Source of the DNA: a virus | Taxonomy: Duplodnaviria > Caudoviricetes | DNA: 64,000 bases | IMG/VR virus record: IMGVR_UViG_3300023283_000017 | Coordinates: 3,370 to 67,369 of that record | Strand: one strand, 5' to 3' | Shown: positions 25,735 through 34,868 of the stretch, piece by piece | Layout: the number at the start of each line of letters is the position of its first letter | Numbering within the stretch: the first letter of the stretch is position 1 | The notes under the pieces: model-generated | Told to the model about the DNA's origin: nothing | Database searches by the model: none | Seen by the model: only the letters and a program-made list of their open reading frames with translations | Program-made: the position numbers and the translations under genes

Positions 25735-27248
25735 ATCAGTATCCTTTCTACCCGGTAGTTGGCTCTCGCCTTTGAGTCAAGGAAAATGAGCCGGTTTCTC
25801 GCGCGCGACATGCCAACGAACAGTGCGCGGAGCTCTTCAGGGGACTGGTCGATCCACGACTGGTAAGTTCGCGCCGTCAGCTTCTGCCACAGCACGACGT
25901 TGTCTGCTTCGCCACCTTTTACCGCATGGATGGTGGAAGCTGTTATGCGAGGTGGCGCTATCAGGCTCTCGTCGCGCGCTCGCATGGCCTGGATGTATTC
26001 GCGCATACCGGCAGAGATCGAGAGAGTGTCGAGCCAAGAGGCGGACGCGTCGAAACCGGTGCAGCACAGGTCAGCGAGCGAATATGTCTCAGACGCGTCG
26101 AACACGGGCGCTGAGCTGGGGCGATTGCGGGCCGGGATGTGTTCCCAGACGTTGCGAAGCGCGTCGCCGGTGAACCGCTTACCTTTTCGAAGGTTCTCGT
26201 AGACGAGAACGGCCTTGACTGACGGAGTGTCTACCGACGACTGCATACCGTCCTTGGTAGGGGACCAATAAGGAAATCCTTCTTGGCGAAGCCACTTGGT
26301 CAGCGAGCGCACTAGCGCGTTTGTTCGCGCAAGCAGATACCACGTGCCTTCTTTCATGTCTAGTGAGTCGAGGCTGGTGGTGTAGTCGACGTCTCCGCCT
26401 TCTACACCAGGCTCCCAGTCTTTCGGGTACCGATCCTGCACAAGAGATATGACCTTCTCGCACGCACTATAGGTTGCGCGATTGAGTCGATAAGACACAG
26501 GCAAGACGCGCCGGTCGGCGTCTAGGTTCAAGAAGTGTTGTATGTCGGCTCCGGCCCACGTGTAAATAGCTTGGTCGTCGTCACCAGCGAAATATACGTC
26601 GCGCGCATTCTCCATCATCTTCTCGACCATGCGCCACTGCAACGTTGACAAGTCTTGAGCCTCGTCCACGATGAGCAGCTCAAAACTGGGAACGCTGGCC
26701 TCCTTGTCGAAACGCTCGATCATGTCGGTGAAGTCCACGACGCAAGCTTCTTCCTTGAACTCCTGAAAGTCGTCGGCGATCTTCCTGACGTAGGCAAGCT
26801 CTAGACCAAGATCGACGGTGACGTCTTCCAGTGGTTTGCGCTTGATACGCGACAGCGAGATAGCGTTTAGTGCTTCTTCGTCGGTTGTCCTTGCTGCCGG
26901 GATGACCTGGTCAAATTCGTCGATCCACTCCTCTGACAGGTTCAACCCTTCGGCCTTAGCATACTCGCGCAACTTCACGTTGTCGAGAATCTGGGACCTG
27001 TCCGCATCAATGTGTGAGAACGCGAACGAGTGCAGTGTCTTGAAGTGTGGTATTTCCTCTTGTGAGATGCCGAACTTCTCGACCATGCGAGATCGCGCCT
27101 CCTGCGCAGCTTTGCGCGTGAAGGCGACAAAAGCGATCCTGTCTGGTGGCACACCGTCCGCGAAAGCCTTCTCGACGATCTCGAGCAACGCGGTCGTTTT
27201 GCCGCACCCAGGTCCGCCCAAGATGAGTGTCGGTCTAATCCTCCCCAT
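25731..27248 (-). CDS. SF1A UvrD-like helicase
   Basis: GGPGCGKTT, FTRKAA, TLHSFA, DEAQDLS, GDDDQAIY, TIHAVKGGEADNV. Confidence 0.9.
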   Translation of the reverse strand: MGRIRPTLILGGPGCGKTTALLEIVEKAFADGVPPDRIAFVAFTRKAAQEARSRMVEKFGISQEEIPHFKTLHSFAFSHIDADRSQILDNVKLREYAKAEGLNLSEEWIDEFDQVIPAARTTDEEALNAISLSRIKRKPLEDVTVDLGLELAYVRKIADDFQEFKEEACVVDFTDMIERFDKEASVPSFELLIVDEAQDLSTLQWRMVEKMMENARDVYFAGDDDQAIYTWAGADIQHFLNLDADRRVLPVSYRLNRATYSACEKVISLVQDRYPKDWEPGVEGGDVDYTTSLDSLDMKEGTWYLLARTNALVRSLTKWLRQEGFPYWSPTKDGMQSSVDTPSVKAVLVYENLRKGKRFTGDALRNVWEHIPARNRPSSAPVFDASETYSLADLCCTGFDASASWLDTLSISAGMREYIQAMRARDESLIAPPRITASTIHAVKGGEADNVVLWQKLTARTYQSWIDQSPEELRALFVGMSRARNRLIFLDSKARANYRVERILM

Positions 27249-28989
27249 CTTCGTCGGTATCTTCGCGTTCGACCGCCATGAGAGACTCGAGGTCTTGTAG
27301 CCAGACGATATAGGGTTCAATCTGCTTGTTGCCTCGGTGGGTGTTCTTACCTACTTTCACACCGAAGTCGCTTCTCAGGATGTCGGAGATGATGGACTTC
27401 TGGACGTTGATTCCGTTAGCCCTGACGAGATCCGTGAAAGACCCTAACTTGAACTCGAAGTAGGTGCCGTCGGGCGTGTCAACGCGCAGTGCGCGCCCGG
27501 CGTGGATGCCCGCGTCGTTCTTGCCTTTCTCAATACCTTTATTGGTCACGAAGTCGTAGAGAAGGTTGAGCAGATCAGACCTCAAGTCGGTCCCCGGCGC
27601 AGGTTCAACCGTGTCTGCTTTCGCCAGTAACCGACCGATCATGTCTCGGAACTTCTGTTCCTGCATTGTTGGCCACATCTCGTCTGTGTCGTTGATCACC
27701 TTCCTCGCAAAAGCGGATTGCGAGTACAGCGTCTCGACGTCCGGGATATGCACTCGCTTCCCGTTCACGTTAAGGTAGTATTGTTTGTCCTTAGACTGGA
27801 CGATAGTGAACCCGGAGATCTCGGACTCGTCGTTTTGCCCAGTTCCAACGCCAAAGCGACGCTTGAGGCACAGCTTACGATTGCAGAAGGACTTAAGTGG
27901 GTCTTTTGTGCACTGGTACCCCCACTTGCCTTTCGCCCCTTGGTTTGCCAGTCGCTGCATAGCGGCGTCACCGAGACCCTTAGTCTCTGAGTCCCAGTCA
28001 GAACCGTGCAATAGCATGCCCCAGTGACCTTGGGCCTCGCTGAGCTTCGCGTAGAGGTGCGTTGCGTCAACGTTAGCGTCTGCATCGTTCTTGGACATGC
28101 GTCGCCTAAGATACAGGGCGACGTTGAAGAACGTCACATCACGCGCGCCTTCACGCAATTGCGGATATGTCAACTCCATCTTCTTGCGGTATTGATCTTC
28201 GTTAATCACTCCTTCGCGAAACTCCTTCTCGATCCTCTCACGCTGCTCGGGACGGTCTGAGCAAAGCGTCTGCAGGCAAGGAGGTCCGTCCTTGAAAAGG
28301 GCTGTCTGGTCTCCGTCGGCCCTTTGGTCCTTAGCTCCCGGGTTCGTGTTCTCGCGAAGATAGTCGTCCGTGACCAGAGCAGCTTGCGCCTCTGCAAGGT
28401 CGAGGAACTGCTCAAACTCGATTTCCAGGAACTCATAAACGGATCCCTTACGGTTCGGAACGACCGCGCGTCGCGTGTCGCCGAAGTAGGGCAGGTTGAT
28501 CCAGTTGCCGGTATCGCCTTCGCTGTGACGTTCGGTCTGCTTTGGAAAAATCTCGGAGCTCGACACACCCAGCATGGCTGCATGAGACTTGAGGTAGTTC
28601 GCTGCAAGCTTGGCCGACACGCCCTCGGCCGAGAACAACCATACGTGGATGCCGCCAGACTTGGAACGAGTCAAGATCAGTGGGGTGTCGAATAATGCGA
28701 GTGCGACGTCTTCATGGGTCAGCTTCTTCTGTTCTTTTTCGGCCTGACCGTAGACGTCGATGTCTATCGCCGCGAAATTGACGCGGTCGTCTTCCTTCAA
28801 CGGGATGACGCCAATACCGACCCGTCCTTCGACGTGCGACGTATAGACCTCCTGCGTGATGGCCTCGTCTGCCGTTCTCGCACGGCCCGCGACTTTCTCT
28901 CCGGGTTCCACGGATCCCGTTATGTCATAGCGCCCATAGCGCTTTGAGTACCCTTGGAAAAGGCGTGCGAAACGTTCGGCGTTTGTCAA
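27235..28989 (-). CDS. AEP-superfamily primase(-polymerase)
   Basis: IDID, RSKSGGIHVW, EIFPKQ, GNWINLPYF, PPCL; TTG start after GGGAG. Confidence 0.8.
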   Translation of the reverse strand: MTNAERFARLFQGYSKRYGRYDITGSVEPGEKVAGRARTADEAITQEVYTSHVEGRVGIGVIPLKEDDRVNFAAIDIDVYGQAEKEQKKLTHEDVALALFDTPLILTRSKSGGIHVWLFSAEGVSAKLAANYLKSHAAMLGVSSSEIFPKQTERHSEGDTGNWINLPYFGDTRRAVVPNRKGSVYEFLEIEFEQFLDLAEAQAALVTDDYLRENTNPGAKDQRADGDQTALFKDGPPCLQTLCSDRPEQRERIEKEFREGVINEDQYRKKMELTYPQLREGARDVTFFNVALYLRRRMSKNDADANVDATHLYAKLSEAQGHWGMLLHGSDWDSETKGLGDAAMQRLANQGAKGKWGYQCTKDPLKSFCNRKLCLKRRFGVGTGQNDESEISGFTIVQSKDKQYYLNVNGKRVHIPDVETLYSQSAFARKVINDTDEMWPTMQEQKFRDMIGRLLAKADTVEPAPGTDLRSDLLNLLYDFVTNKGIEKGKNDAGIHAGRALRVDTPDGTYFEFKLGSFTDLVRANGINVQKSIISDILRSDFGVKVGKNTHRGNKQIEPYIVWLQDLESLMAVEREDTDEDGED

Positions 28990-29053
28990 GACGTTCTCCC
29001 AGTTGCTAAACGTCACGGGCGACACGTTTAAACGTGCCGCCCGAAGTGCTCGA

Positions 29054-29929
29054 TCAGAATGGTACTTCGCCGCTGTCGTCGGTGTCGGCCGACGAGGGGT
29101 CGACCGGGTTCTGCTCGCCCTCGGCTTTCGAGAAGTCGACCTGGTGCTCGCCGGCCTTGACGCCTTCCAAGAACGACTTGGCTTCGTGGAACAGGTCCAT
29201 CCGGCCTTCGGTGACCACGTCCGAATACTTCTCGAACTTCCAGACGTACCACGACCCCTGGTCGTTGGTGCGCTGCTGCGTCGTCACGTTCCAAAGAGCG
29301 AAGAAACGCGGTGGCTTGCGCCCGTCAGGGAGACGCTGCTTGTCGATCATCGCATTGAAGTCCTTGGACGGCTTGATCTGGGTCGAGGCCATGGTCAAGA
29401 CCGCCGGCCAGAACGAGCCATCGGACTCGATGACGAACACGAAATGGGTGTGTGTATCGTTGAGCTGGTTGCCCGGCGTGCCGACGGGGCTGCCTTCCTG
29501 GATGATGTCCAAGTTGGACTCGTTGCGTCGCGTGATCGCGCCGAGGCCGGCCTCGACGGGATGCTCCTGAATGAAACCGCCGCCTTGCGAACGAGGAACC
29601 CACTCGATGAAGGACCGCTTGTAGTGGATCGGCAGGATCCGCACGCCGGTCGTCGGGTTGTCGTCATCGTCGCGCGTCTTCCAGAGCTCTTGCGTGACCG
29701 TGTTGAACAGGTCGGAAGGCTCGGCGCCCTTGATGAACTCGGGCTTGCCCTTCGTGCACTGCGGCGAAAGCTGCTGCAAGATCTGCAGGAAGGGAATGGA
29801 CATATCGTCCTTGCTCATCGTCTCCTGGTGCTGTTCGCCGGCGCTGGCGAGCTCATCCAGAAATTCGGCAGGGAGTTGGGTTTCCTTGGGCTTCGACACC
29901 GCAGTGCCTGCCTTCTTCGCTTCGGCCAT
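29054..29929 (-). CDS. Probable single-stranded DNA-binding protein
   Basis: IPFLQILQQLSPQ, FIEWVPR, MASTQIKPSK, NDQGSWY; acidic tail ending in F; next to the primase. Confidence 0.7.
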   Translation of the reverse strand: MAEAKKAGTAVSKPKETQLPAEFLDELASAGEQHQETMSKDDMSIPFLQILQQLSPQCTKGKPEFIKGAEPSDLFNTVTQELWKTRDDDDNPTTGVRILPIHYKRSFIEWVPRSQGGGFIQEHPVEAGLGAITRRNESNLDIIQEGSPVGTPGNQLNDTHTHFVFVIESDGSFWPAVLTMASTQIKPSKDFNAMIDKQRLPDGRKPPRFFALWNVTTQQRTNDQGSWYVWKFEKYSDVVTEGRMDLFHEAKSFLEGVKAGEHQVDFSKAEGEQNPVDPSSADTDDSGEVPF

Positions 29930-29954
29930 CAGAAATCTCCTTCTTGGACCTTCG

Positions 29955-30497
29955 TTACTTCACCGTTGCTTTGGTGAATTGGAACGCACCGAAGATAGAC
30001 AAGTCGTCGGACTTGCCTTGCGCGATGCGCGTGCGGAGCGCCTTCTTCACAGTGGCCGTTGGTATGTCTTCCTCCACCGATGCCTTGACGCCCATCTCCT
30101 CCGCAGCAGACAGAAGCGCTTTCGCTGCGTTGTCGTTGCCGCGGCCTAAGTCGGCGGTGAGCTTGTTGCTGACCGCCGCATCATAGCCCCAGGACCGCAT
30201 GATCGAGATGACCGAGGTCTTGTGCTTCCGCGGAACCGAAACCTTGAGATCTTCTTCATAGGAAACGGTCATCCCGTTGTCGAGCTTGAAGCTACCAATG
30301 CCGGCGGCTTTCAACGCCGCGGGCAGTTCGTTCTCTTGCACGCGGCGCAGTTGCTCTTTCGCGTCCTTCAGCGAGGACTCGATCTTCGAGACCTCAGCCT
30401 CCAGTTCGAGTTGCTTGGTCGCGAGAGCGCGAACGTCGGCAAGATCGGTAGAAGGCTGCTGACCAGCCTCTGCGAGTTCGTCCAGGTCGTGGTGCAT
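29955..30497 (-). CDS. Conserved coiled-coil replication-region protein
   Basis: LEAEVSKIE...ELPAAL...SFKLDNG; start set at MHHDLD after AACGGAG. Confidence 0.65.
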   Translation of the reverse strand: MHHDLDELAEAGQQPSTDLADVRALATKQLELEAEVSKIESSLKDAKEQLRRVQENELPAALKAAGIGSFKLDNGMTVSYEEDLKVSVPRKHKTSVISIMRSWGYDAAVSNKLTADLGRGNDNAAKALLSAAEEMGVKASVEEDIPTATVKKALRTRIAQGKSDDLSIFGAFQFTKATVK

Positions 30498-30511
30498 GTT
30501 GTCTCCGTTTG

Positions 30512-30859
30512 TCAGTGGTCGAACAGTTGAATAGACACCGGTGCGTAGGCGCGCACAGCGCGATCCCACATCAGGTAGTTGAACTTTCCGTCGGTGTAGT
30601 CGGCAAGGATGCTGGCTGCGATAACCATACCGAGAGGATCACCACCGGCCCAGACGATAAAGTCACCGCTGTTTGCTTCGGAAAGGACGCGATGAGCCCT
30701 GTCGATGGCTCGCTCACGATCTCGAACTGGAGGCGGATTGTCCGCGGTGAAGATGTAGACGACTTCTCCAAACATAGAAGCCGGGCTTACGTCGTAGGTT
30801 GCGCGACCTTCAGGCACGCGACTCTCATCGGGCTCGTTGACGATAAATACTTTTGTCAT
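30512..30859 (-). CDS. Conserved phage hypothetical protein
   Basis: DVSPASMFGE, GGDP, LMWDR...Y pattern; AACGGAGG RBS. Confidence 0.7.
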   Translation of the reverse strand: MTKVFIVNEPDESRVPEGRATYDVSPASMFGEVVYIFTADNPPPVRDRERAIDRAHRVLSEANSGDFIVWAGGDPLGMVIAASILADYTDGKFNYLMWDRAVRAYAPVSIQLFDH

Positions 30860-30894
30860 CCGTTGTGCCTCCGTTGTGTTGCTGTTCTACGTAC

Positions 30895-32664
30895 TCAAAC
30901 GCTTTCGGTCAACCACGACTTCAGAACGTCACCTGAAACTGCGGCGGACACGTCGCGCTTGTCCTTGAGTGCGCGCAACTGCGGCCTGTCTATCGTCCCT
31001 AGGCACTCGAGGTCGGTGATGGTGCAAGTACCGTTCTGACCGATGCGGTGAAAACGATCCTCGGACTGAAGGCGCAATCCTAGGTTGAAGGAGTTGTCAA
31101 AGTAGATCATATCCTGAGCTTGAACCAGGTCGATGCCAGTGCCGGCCGACATTGGGTTGCCTAGGAAGAACTTACAGTTGCCTTCTTGGAACTTCTGCAG
31201 GTTTCGTGCTTTCTGGTCGGCGGAAACGCCACCATGGTATTCGACAACCGACGCCTCGCCATATGCCTCGCGCACAGCAGCCGCGATCTCACGCAGACAG
31301 TAGCGCTTGTGTGACCAGATGATGCCCATGCCGCTGATCTTCTCCAGCTCCTGCATCAGTGCACTGATGCGTGGGTTGCTGTCGTCAAGCGGTATCCCCG
31401 GAACGTCCTCAGCCATCGGGTCTGCATCGTCAGGAACAACGAACCCGCAAGCGATCTGCTGCAACCTGACCAGCTTCGTCATCGCCATGGTCGCCGTCAT
31501 CGTTTGACCACTCTCGAGCTCGACGAGAAACTCCTCGCTCATCGACTTGTAGGCTTTGCGCATCGCTTCGGTCATCTCGAAGGAGCGCATCCGGTAGGTC
31601 TTATCCGGTAGGTCCAAGCAGTCGGCTTTAACAAGCCTTGACCTGAATGGGTCAAGCATCTTCCTGAGCTCTTCCTCGTTCTTGAACCCGGTGACCGTGG
31701 TGACAGGTTTCTCAACCTTCCGCGACTTCTTCGTCGTCTTGTCGTACTCCCACGTCTCATAGGTCTTGTCGCCGACTTGCTCTTCGACCGCAAAGTGTGC
31801 CTTGAACGCATGGTAAGGCATATTCTGCACGATCTTCGCATCCAGGAACGTGTACTGGGACCATGCGTCGAGCGTCGAGCCGGTGGACAGTGTGCCGGTG
31901 GTGATGTAGCGGCGCTCCGCCATCTTTCCGAGTTTCATGACCGTTTTGGTGACGGCCGCTCCCGGTGTCTTTATGTGGTGGGACTCATCGACGACGATGG
32001 CAGCTTTGCGCGAGCGAAGGAAACGCTCGCAGAACTTCTTTCCTTTGGCGCGGTGCACAGACTCGAAGTTGATGGTCGCCACAGCGAAGCGGTCGCTCTT
32101 GTCGATAGCAGTCCGGCTGCGCGTGTTAGATCCATACCACATGCCAGCGTCAACGCGATCCGGGTTCCAGAAGGCCGCGTGCCATTTGCGTTTAGGAAAG
32201 TGAGTCGGAACCTCGTTTTCCACCCATTTGCGGTGAACACCTTTCAGCGTGATGACTAGAAGAGCATCAATCTCTCCTTTCGCGTAGAGCCATTGACACA
32301 CATCTAGAATCGTCTTCGATTTACCTAAGCCCATCTCCCACTCGAGCGCAAAGTAAGGTAGATCTTTGATATTTGACCACCACTCACGCTGGTGGTCGTA
32401 GGGCTCGGTCACGAACTCGAACTCGACGGGCTCCTTTTTCTGCGGCTTGTAGAAGTGTGCCCACGCGAAACGGCACCCAGAGTGGAAAGCATCCTTCCCT
32501 AGCTCCTCAACCAAGGTGTCGAGCGCGTACCGAGTGGGAACGAACAGGAGCCGATTACCATGGTACTCAACGGTTGTGTTTAAACGATCACCGACGCGTC
32601 GGGACTCATCGTAGTCGAGCCCCTCGACGACGCCACGCGAGTTCTCAACCAGAACCTCAGGCAT
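30895..32664 (-). CDS. SF2 SNF2-like helicase
   Basis: PYDHQ, EMGLGKS, DESHHIK, TGT, GTGIDL, QSEDRFHRIGQ. Confidence 0.92.
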   Translation of the reverse strand: MPEVLVENSRGVVEGLDYDESRRVGDRLNTTVEYHGNRLLFVPTRYALDTLVEELGKDAFHSGCRFAWAHFYKPQKKEPVEFEFVTEPYDHQREWWSNIKDLPYFALEWEMGLGKSKTILDVCQWLYAKGEIDALLVITLKGVHRKWVENEVPTHFPKRKWHAAFWNPDRVDAGMWYGSNTRSRTAIDKSDRFAVATINFESVHRAKGKKFCERFLRSRKAAIVVDESHHIKTPGAAVTKTVMKLGKMAERRYITTGTLSTGSTLDAWSQYTFLDAKIVQNMPYHAFKAHFAVEEQVGDKTYETWEYDKTTKKSRKVEKPVTTVTGFKNEEELRKMLDPFRSRLVKADCLDLPDKTYRMRSFEMTEAMRKAYKSMSEEFLVELESGQTMTATMAMTKLVRLQQIACGFVVPDDADPMAEDVPGIPLDDSNPRISALMQELEKISGMGIIWSHKRYCLREIAAAVREAYGEASVVEYHGGVSADQKARNLQKFQEGNCKFFLGNPMSAGTGIDLVQAQDMIYFDNSFNLGLRLQSEDRFHRIGQNGTCTITDLECLGTIDRPQLRALKDKRDVSAAVSGDVLKSWLTESV

Positions 32665-33502
32665 GCTCGTTGCACACCACAACAGGAACGCCGAAGTCCC
32701 CGGGCTTGGTGGTCATATCGTAGAAAGCAGTAGGCGCATAAGCTTGGACGATGTCCAGGATCTCGCACGCAAGGCGCCGAATCTCGAGGTCTGCGCCGGC
32801 GCCTCCACGAAGCCAAAGGAAGTGACGAAGAAGTCGCAGGTTCGGCGTCCACAGGAGCCGCGTCTCGGCCGCGTTCGGCAGGTGGGATCGAGCCGCTTCG
32901 TTCGCGCGCTTCCTGATGGTGGTAATCGACGTGACGCCTGGCGAGTTTTCCTTCATCGCGCGGGCGAGGTCGTTGTGCAGCTCCTGGTAGTTCTTGCGCG
33001 ACTCCTCGCACTGAGAAGCAAATTCGACCATGAGCGGATGTTTCGCGTGAGCGCCGCCGCAGATATGAGCGAGAAGCGGTGGGACCACGAAGTTCATGGA
33101 TTTGGACGGGACGTAGCGCTGCGACTCCTGAGAGATAGCGACGCCGACACGGTGGCGCACCAGCTCGTGGGTCAGGCTGCGCGACACGCCCTGGATGGTC
33201 AGGTTGATGCTGGAATGCTCGAGCACCGAACCGTGCCCCATCTCGATGATGTTCTTGATGTAGTCCTCGCGAGTGCGCCCCGCGTCCCAACTGCGGTAGC
33301 AGTGACGGCCGCCGAACTCGGCCATACGCTCGAGGGCGAAGTCATCGTCGGCGTCCTCCCACAGCTTGGCGAGCGGCGTTTGCGCGTCGGGCAGCATGTG
33401 CAGATCAAGCGCGTTGTGGTGCATCCACTCCATGAGTCCCGTCTCGTTGAACTTGGTCTGACCGATGACAGTGACGTGCGGGCTCCAGATCAGGTCAGTC
33501 AT
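32657..33502 (-). CDS. thyX: FAD-dependent thymidylate synthase
   Basis: GHGSVLEH, VSRSLTHELVRHR, SQESQRY, RSHLPNA, NLR; start set after AACGGAGG. Confidence 0.95.
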   Translation of the reverse strand: MTDLIWSPHVTVIGQTKFNETGLMEWMHHNALDLHMLPDAQTPLAKLWEDADDDFALERMAEFGGRHCYRSWDAGRTREDYIKNIIEMGHGSVLEHSSINLTIQGVSRSLTHELVRHRVGVAISQESQRYVPSKSMNFVVPPLLAHICGGAHAKHPLMVEFASQCEESRKNYQELHNDLARAMKENSPGVTSITTIRKRANEAARSHLPNAAETRLLWTPNLRLLRHFLWLRGGAGADLEIRRLACEILDIVQAYAPTAFYDMTTKPGDFGVPVVVCNEHA

Positions 33503-33574
33503 GTATCCTCCGTTAGTATCGTCCCAGTTCGTAACCGTTCGCGTGAGCGCGTGCAAGTTGTTTCCGAGAAACGC

Positions 33575-33692
33575 TCAACTGATCACCGTCTCCAGAGCAG
33601 CTCTTACGCGCGCGCGTGCAGGATCACCCTAACTGACCTTCAACTGATCACCGTCTCTGAAACTGGGAAGTGCTGTTTTTGCTGTGATGGCT
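33575..33692 (+). repeat. Non-coding element copy B, homologous to 1195-1395
   Basis: TCAACTGATCACCGTCTC twice (33575, 33640), GCGTGCAGGATC, GTGCTGTTTTTGCTGTGATGGCT (33670-33692). Confidence 0.9.
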
Positions 33693-33797
33693 GACCGTCT
33701 CTACGATTACCCCAAAACGGTTCGCGCGCGTGTGATGCGCGCGTGCGTGACGCGCGTGAGATCAACCAACTGGTACCTTACTTACTGCTCGCAAATT

Positions 33798-33810
33798 ATA
33801 ACTCGCTTAT
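33798..33810. promoter_or_regulatory. Operator variant ATAACTCGCTTAT between the divergent thyX and HTH genes
   Basis: One mismatch from the palindrome; overlaps a minus-strand TATAAT (33795-33800). Confidence 0.65.
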
Positions 33811-33843
33811 GCTAGTTGGGTTCGTGATGCGCAAGGAAGAAGT

Positions 33844-34047
33844 ATGACTCCAGAGGACTTCAAACGCAAGCAGTCAGCCCTCAAATGGACCAACACCAAG
33901 ATGGCTCGACACTTGCGCAAGACACCTCAGTCGATCTCCAACTACCGCACTGGGCGGCAGCAGATCCCCGAGCATGTTGAGTTCCTTCTAGAGGCCGCGA
34001 TGAAAAGCCTCAGAGACGCGTCAACTAAGTCGACCCCGTCGTCATAG
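33844..34047 (+). CDS. Cro/XRE-like HTH regulator
   Basis: WTNTKMARHLRKTPQSISNYRTGRQQIP HTH signature; one of few plus-strand genes. Confidence 0.85.
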   Translation: MTPEDFKRKQSALKWTNTKMARHLRKTPQSISNYRTGRQQIPEHVEFLLEAAMKSLRDASTKSTPSS

Positions 34048-34054
34048 GCTCCAC

Positions 34055-34372
34055 TCAAGGATCCCCATTCTCTGACGCGCTCTGACGCGCTCTACCGGCA
34101 ACGCGACCATCACGCTCGACGTAGTACTCTTCGAGCGCGTCTTTGAGGTCGCCACACTCGATCAACGAGCCTCTGTCTCGAAGCCAGAACGTCTCGACCT
34201 CTGCTTGTGTGAGGTCGCGCTCTGGAAGTACCACCGGTCCGACGCAACCGACGCGCAGCTCTGCGGGTGCAGGTTCAAGCACAGGTGCCGCATCACTCGA
34301 CGGCATTGAGTCGCCGCACGCTACCAGCAGAGATAGCACGGCGATCAGCGTCAGGGTCAGCTTGCGCTTCAT
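34055..34372 (-). CDS. o-spanin (Rz1-like lipoprotein)
   Basis: Signal peptide with lipobox LVAC; Pro-rich; overlaps the i-spanin 3' end. Confidence 0.75.
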   Translation of the reverse strand: MKRKLTLTLIAVLSLLVACGDSMPSSDAAPVLEPAPAELRVGCVGPVVLPERDLTQAEVETFWLRDRGSLIECGDLKDALEEYYVERDGRVAGRARQSASENGDP

Positions 34373-34640
34373 CAACGAGTTCAGAAATCTTCGCATCTCG
34401 TTCTTCCTTCTGTTGCTCGAGCGATTTGATCCGATCACGCGCGGCGCTTAGCGCTGCCTCGTTTGCGCGTTTCTGGCGACTTACTTCTTGCTCGACCTTT
34501 TCTTCCCATACGGCTTTGGTGTGCTCGACACCTCGGTGGTAGGCTTGATGATCAAGATACCATGCCGCAGCAGCTATAACCGTCATCAGCGCACCGGCTA
34601 CTAACATTTCTTTAGGCACGAAGTTTAGCAACTGGCTCAC
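34293..34640 (-). CDS. i-spanin (Rz-like)
   Basis: N-terminal TM, coiled coil, C-terminal DPDADRRAISAGSVRRLN. Confidence 0.75.
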   Translation of the reverse strand: MSQLLNFVPKEMLVAGALMTVIAAAAWYLDHQAYHRGVEHTKAVWEEKVEQEVSRQKRANEAALSAARDRIKSLEQQKEERDAKISELVDEAQADPDADRRAISAGSVRRLNAVE

Positions 34641-34868
34641 CTATGACACGATGACCGTTTGAAAAGATCCGGCCCTGAGCGACGGGCCAAGGTCCACGGT
34701 GCTCAGCACTTCTATAATGACCCGAGACGCCCGGACGGCGTCCTGGCCTCCTCCGCCAGTGCGGAGGGCCTCTATCGTGCTCCTGGAAACTCGGACGGCG
34801 TCCTGGCCTCCTCCGCCAGTGCGGAGGGCCTCTATCGTGCTCCTGGAAACTCGGACGGCGTCTGCCAT
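34641..34868 (-). CDS. 75-aa tail-associated protein made of 20-aa repeats
   Basis: DAVRVSRSTIEALRTGGGGQ twice plus a degenerate third unit. Confidence 0.65.
   Translation of the reverse strand: MADAVRVSRSTIEALRTGGGGQDAVRVSRSTIEALRTGGGGQDAVRASRVIIEVLSTVDLGPSLRAGSFQTVIVS
34732..34862. repeat. Perfect 60-bp tandem repeat, about 2.2 copies
   Basis: Positions 34741-34800 and 34801-34860 are identical. Confidence 0.97.

Noticed and set aside
33844-34047. Lysogeny module or prophage
   Set aside because: Only a Cro-like HTH; no integrase, CI with peptidase domain, partition genes or host flanks seen
34732-34862. CRISPR or terminal-repeat reading of the 60-bp repeat
   Set aside because: Head-to-tail, in-frame coding duplication without spacers
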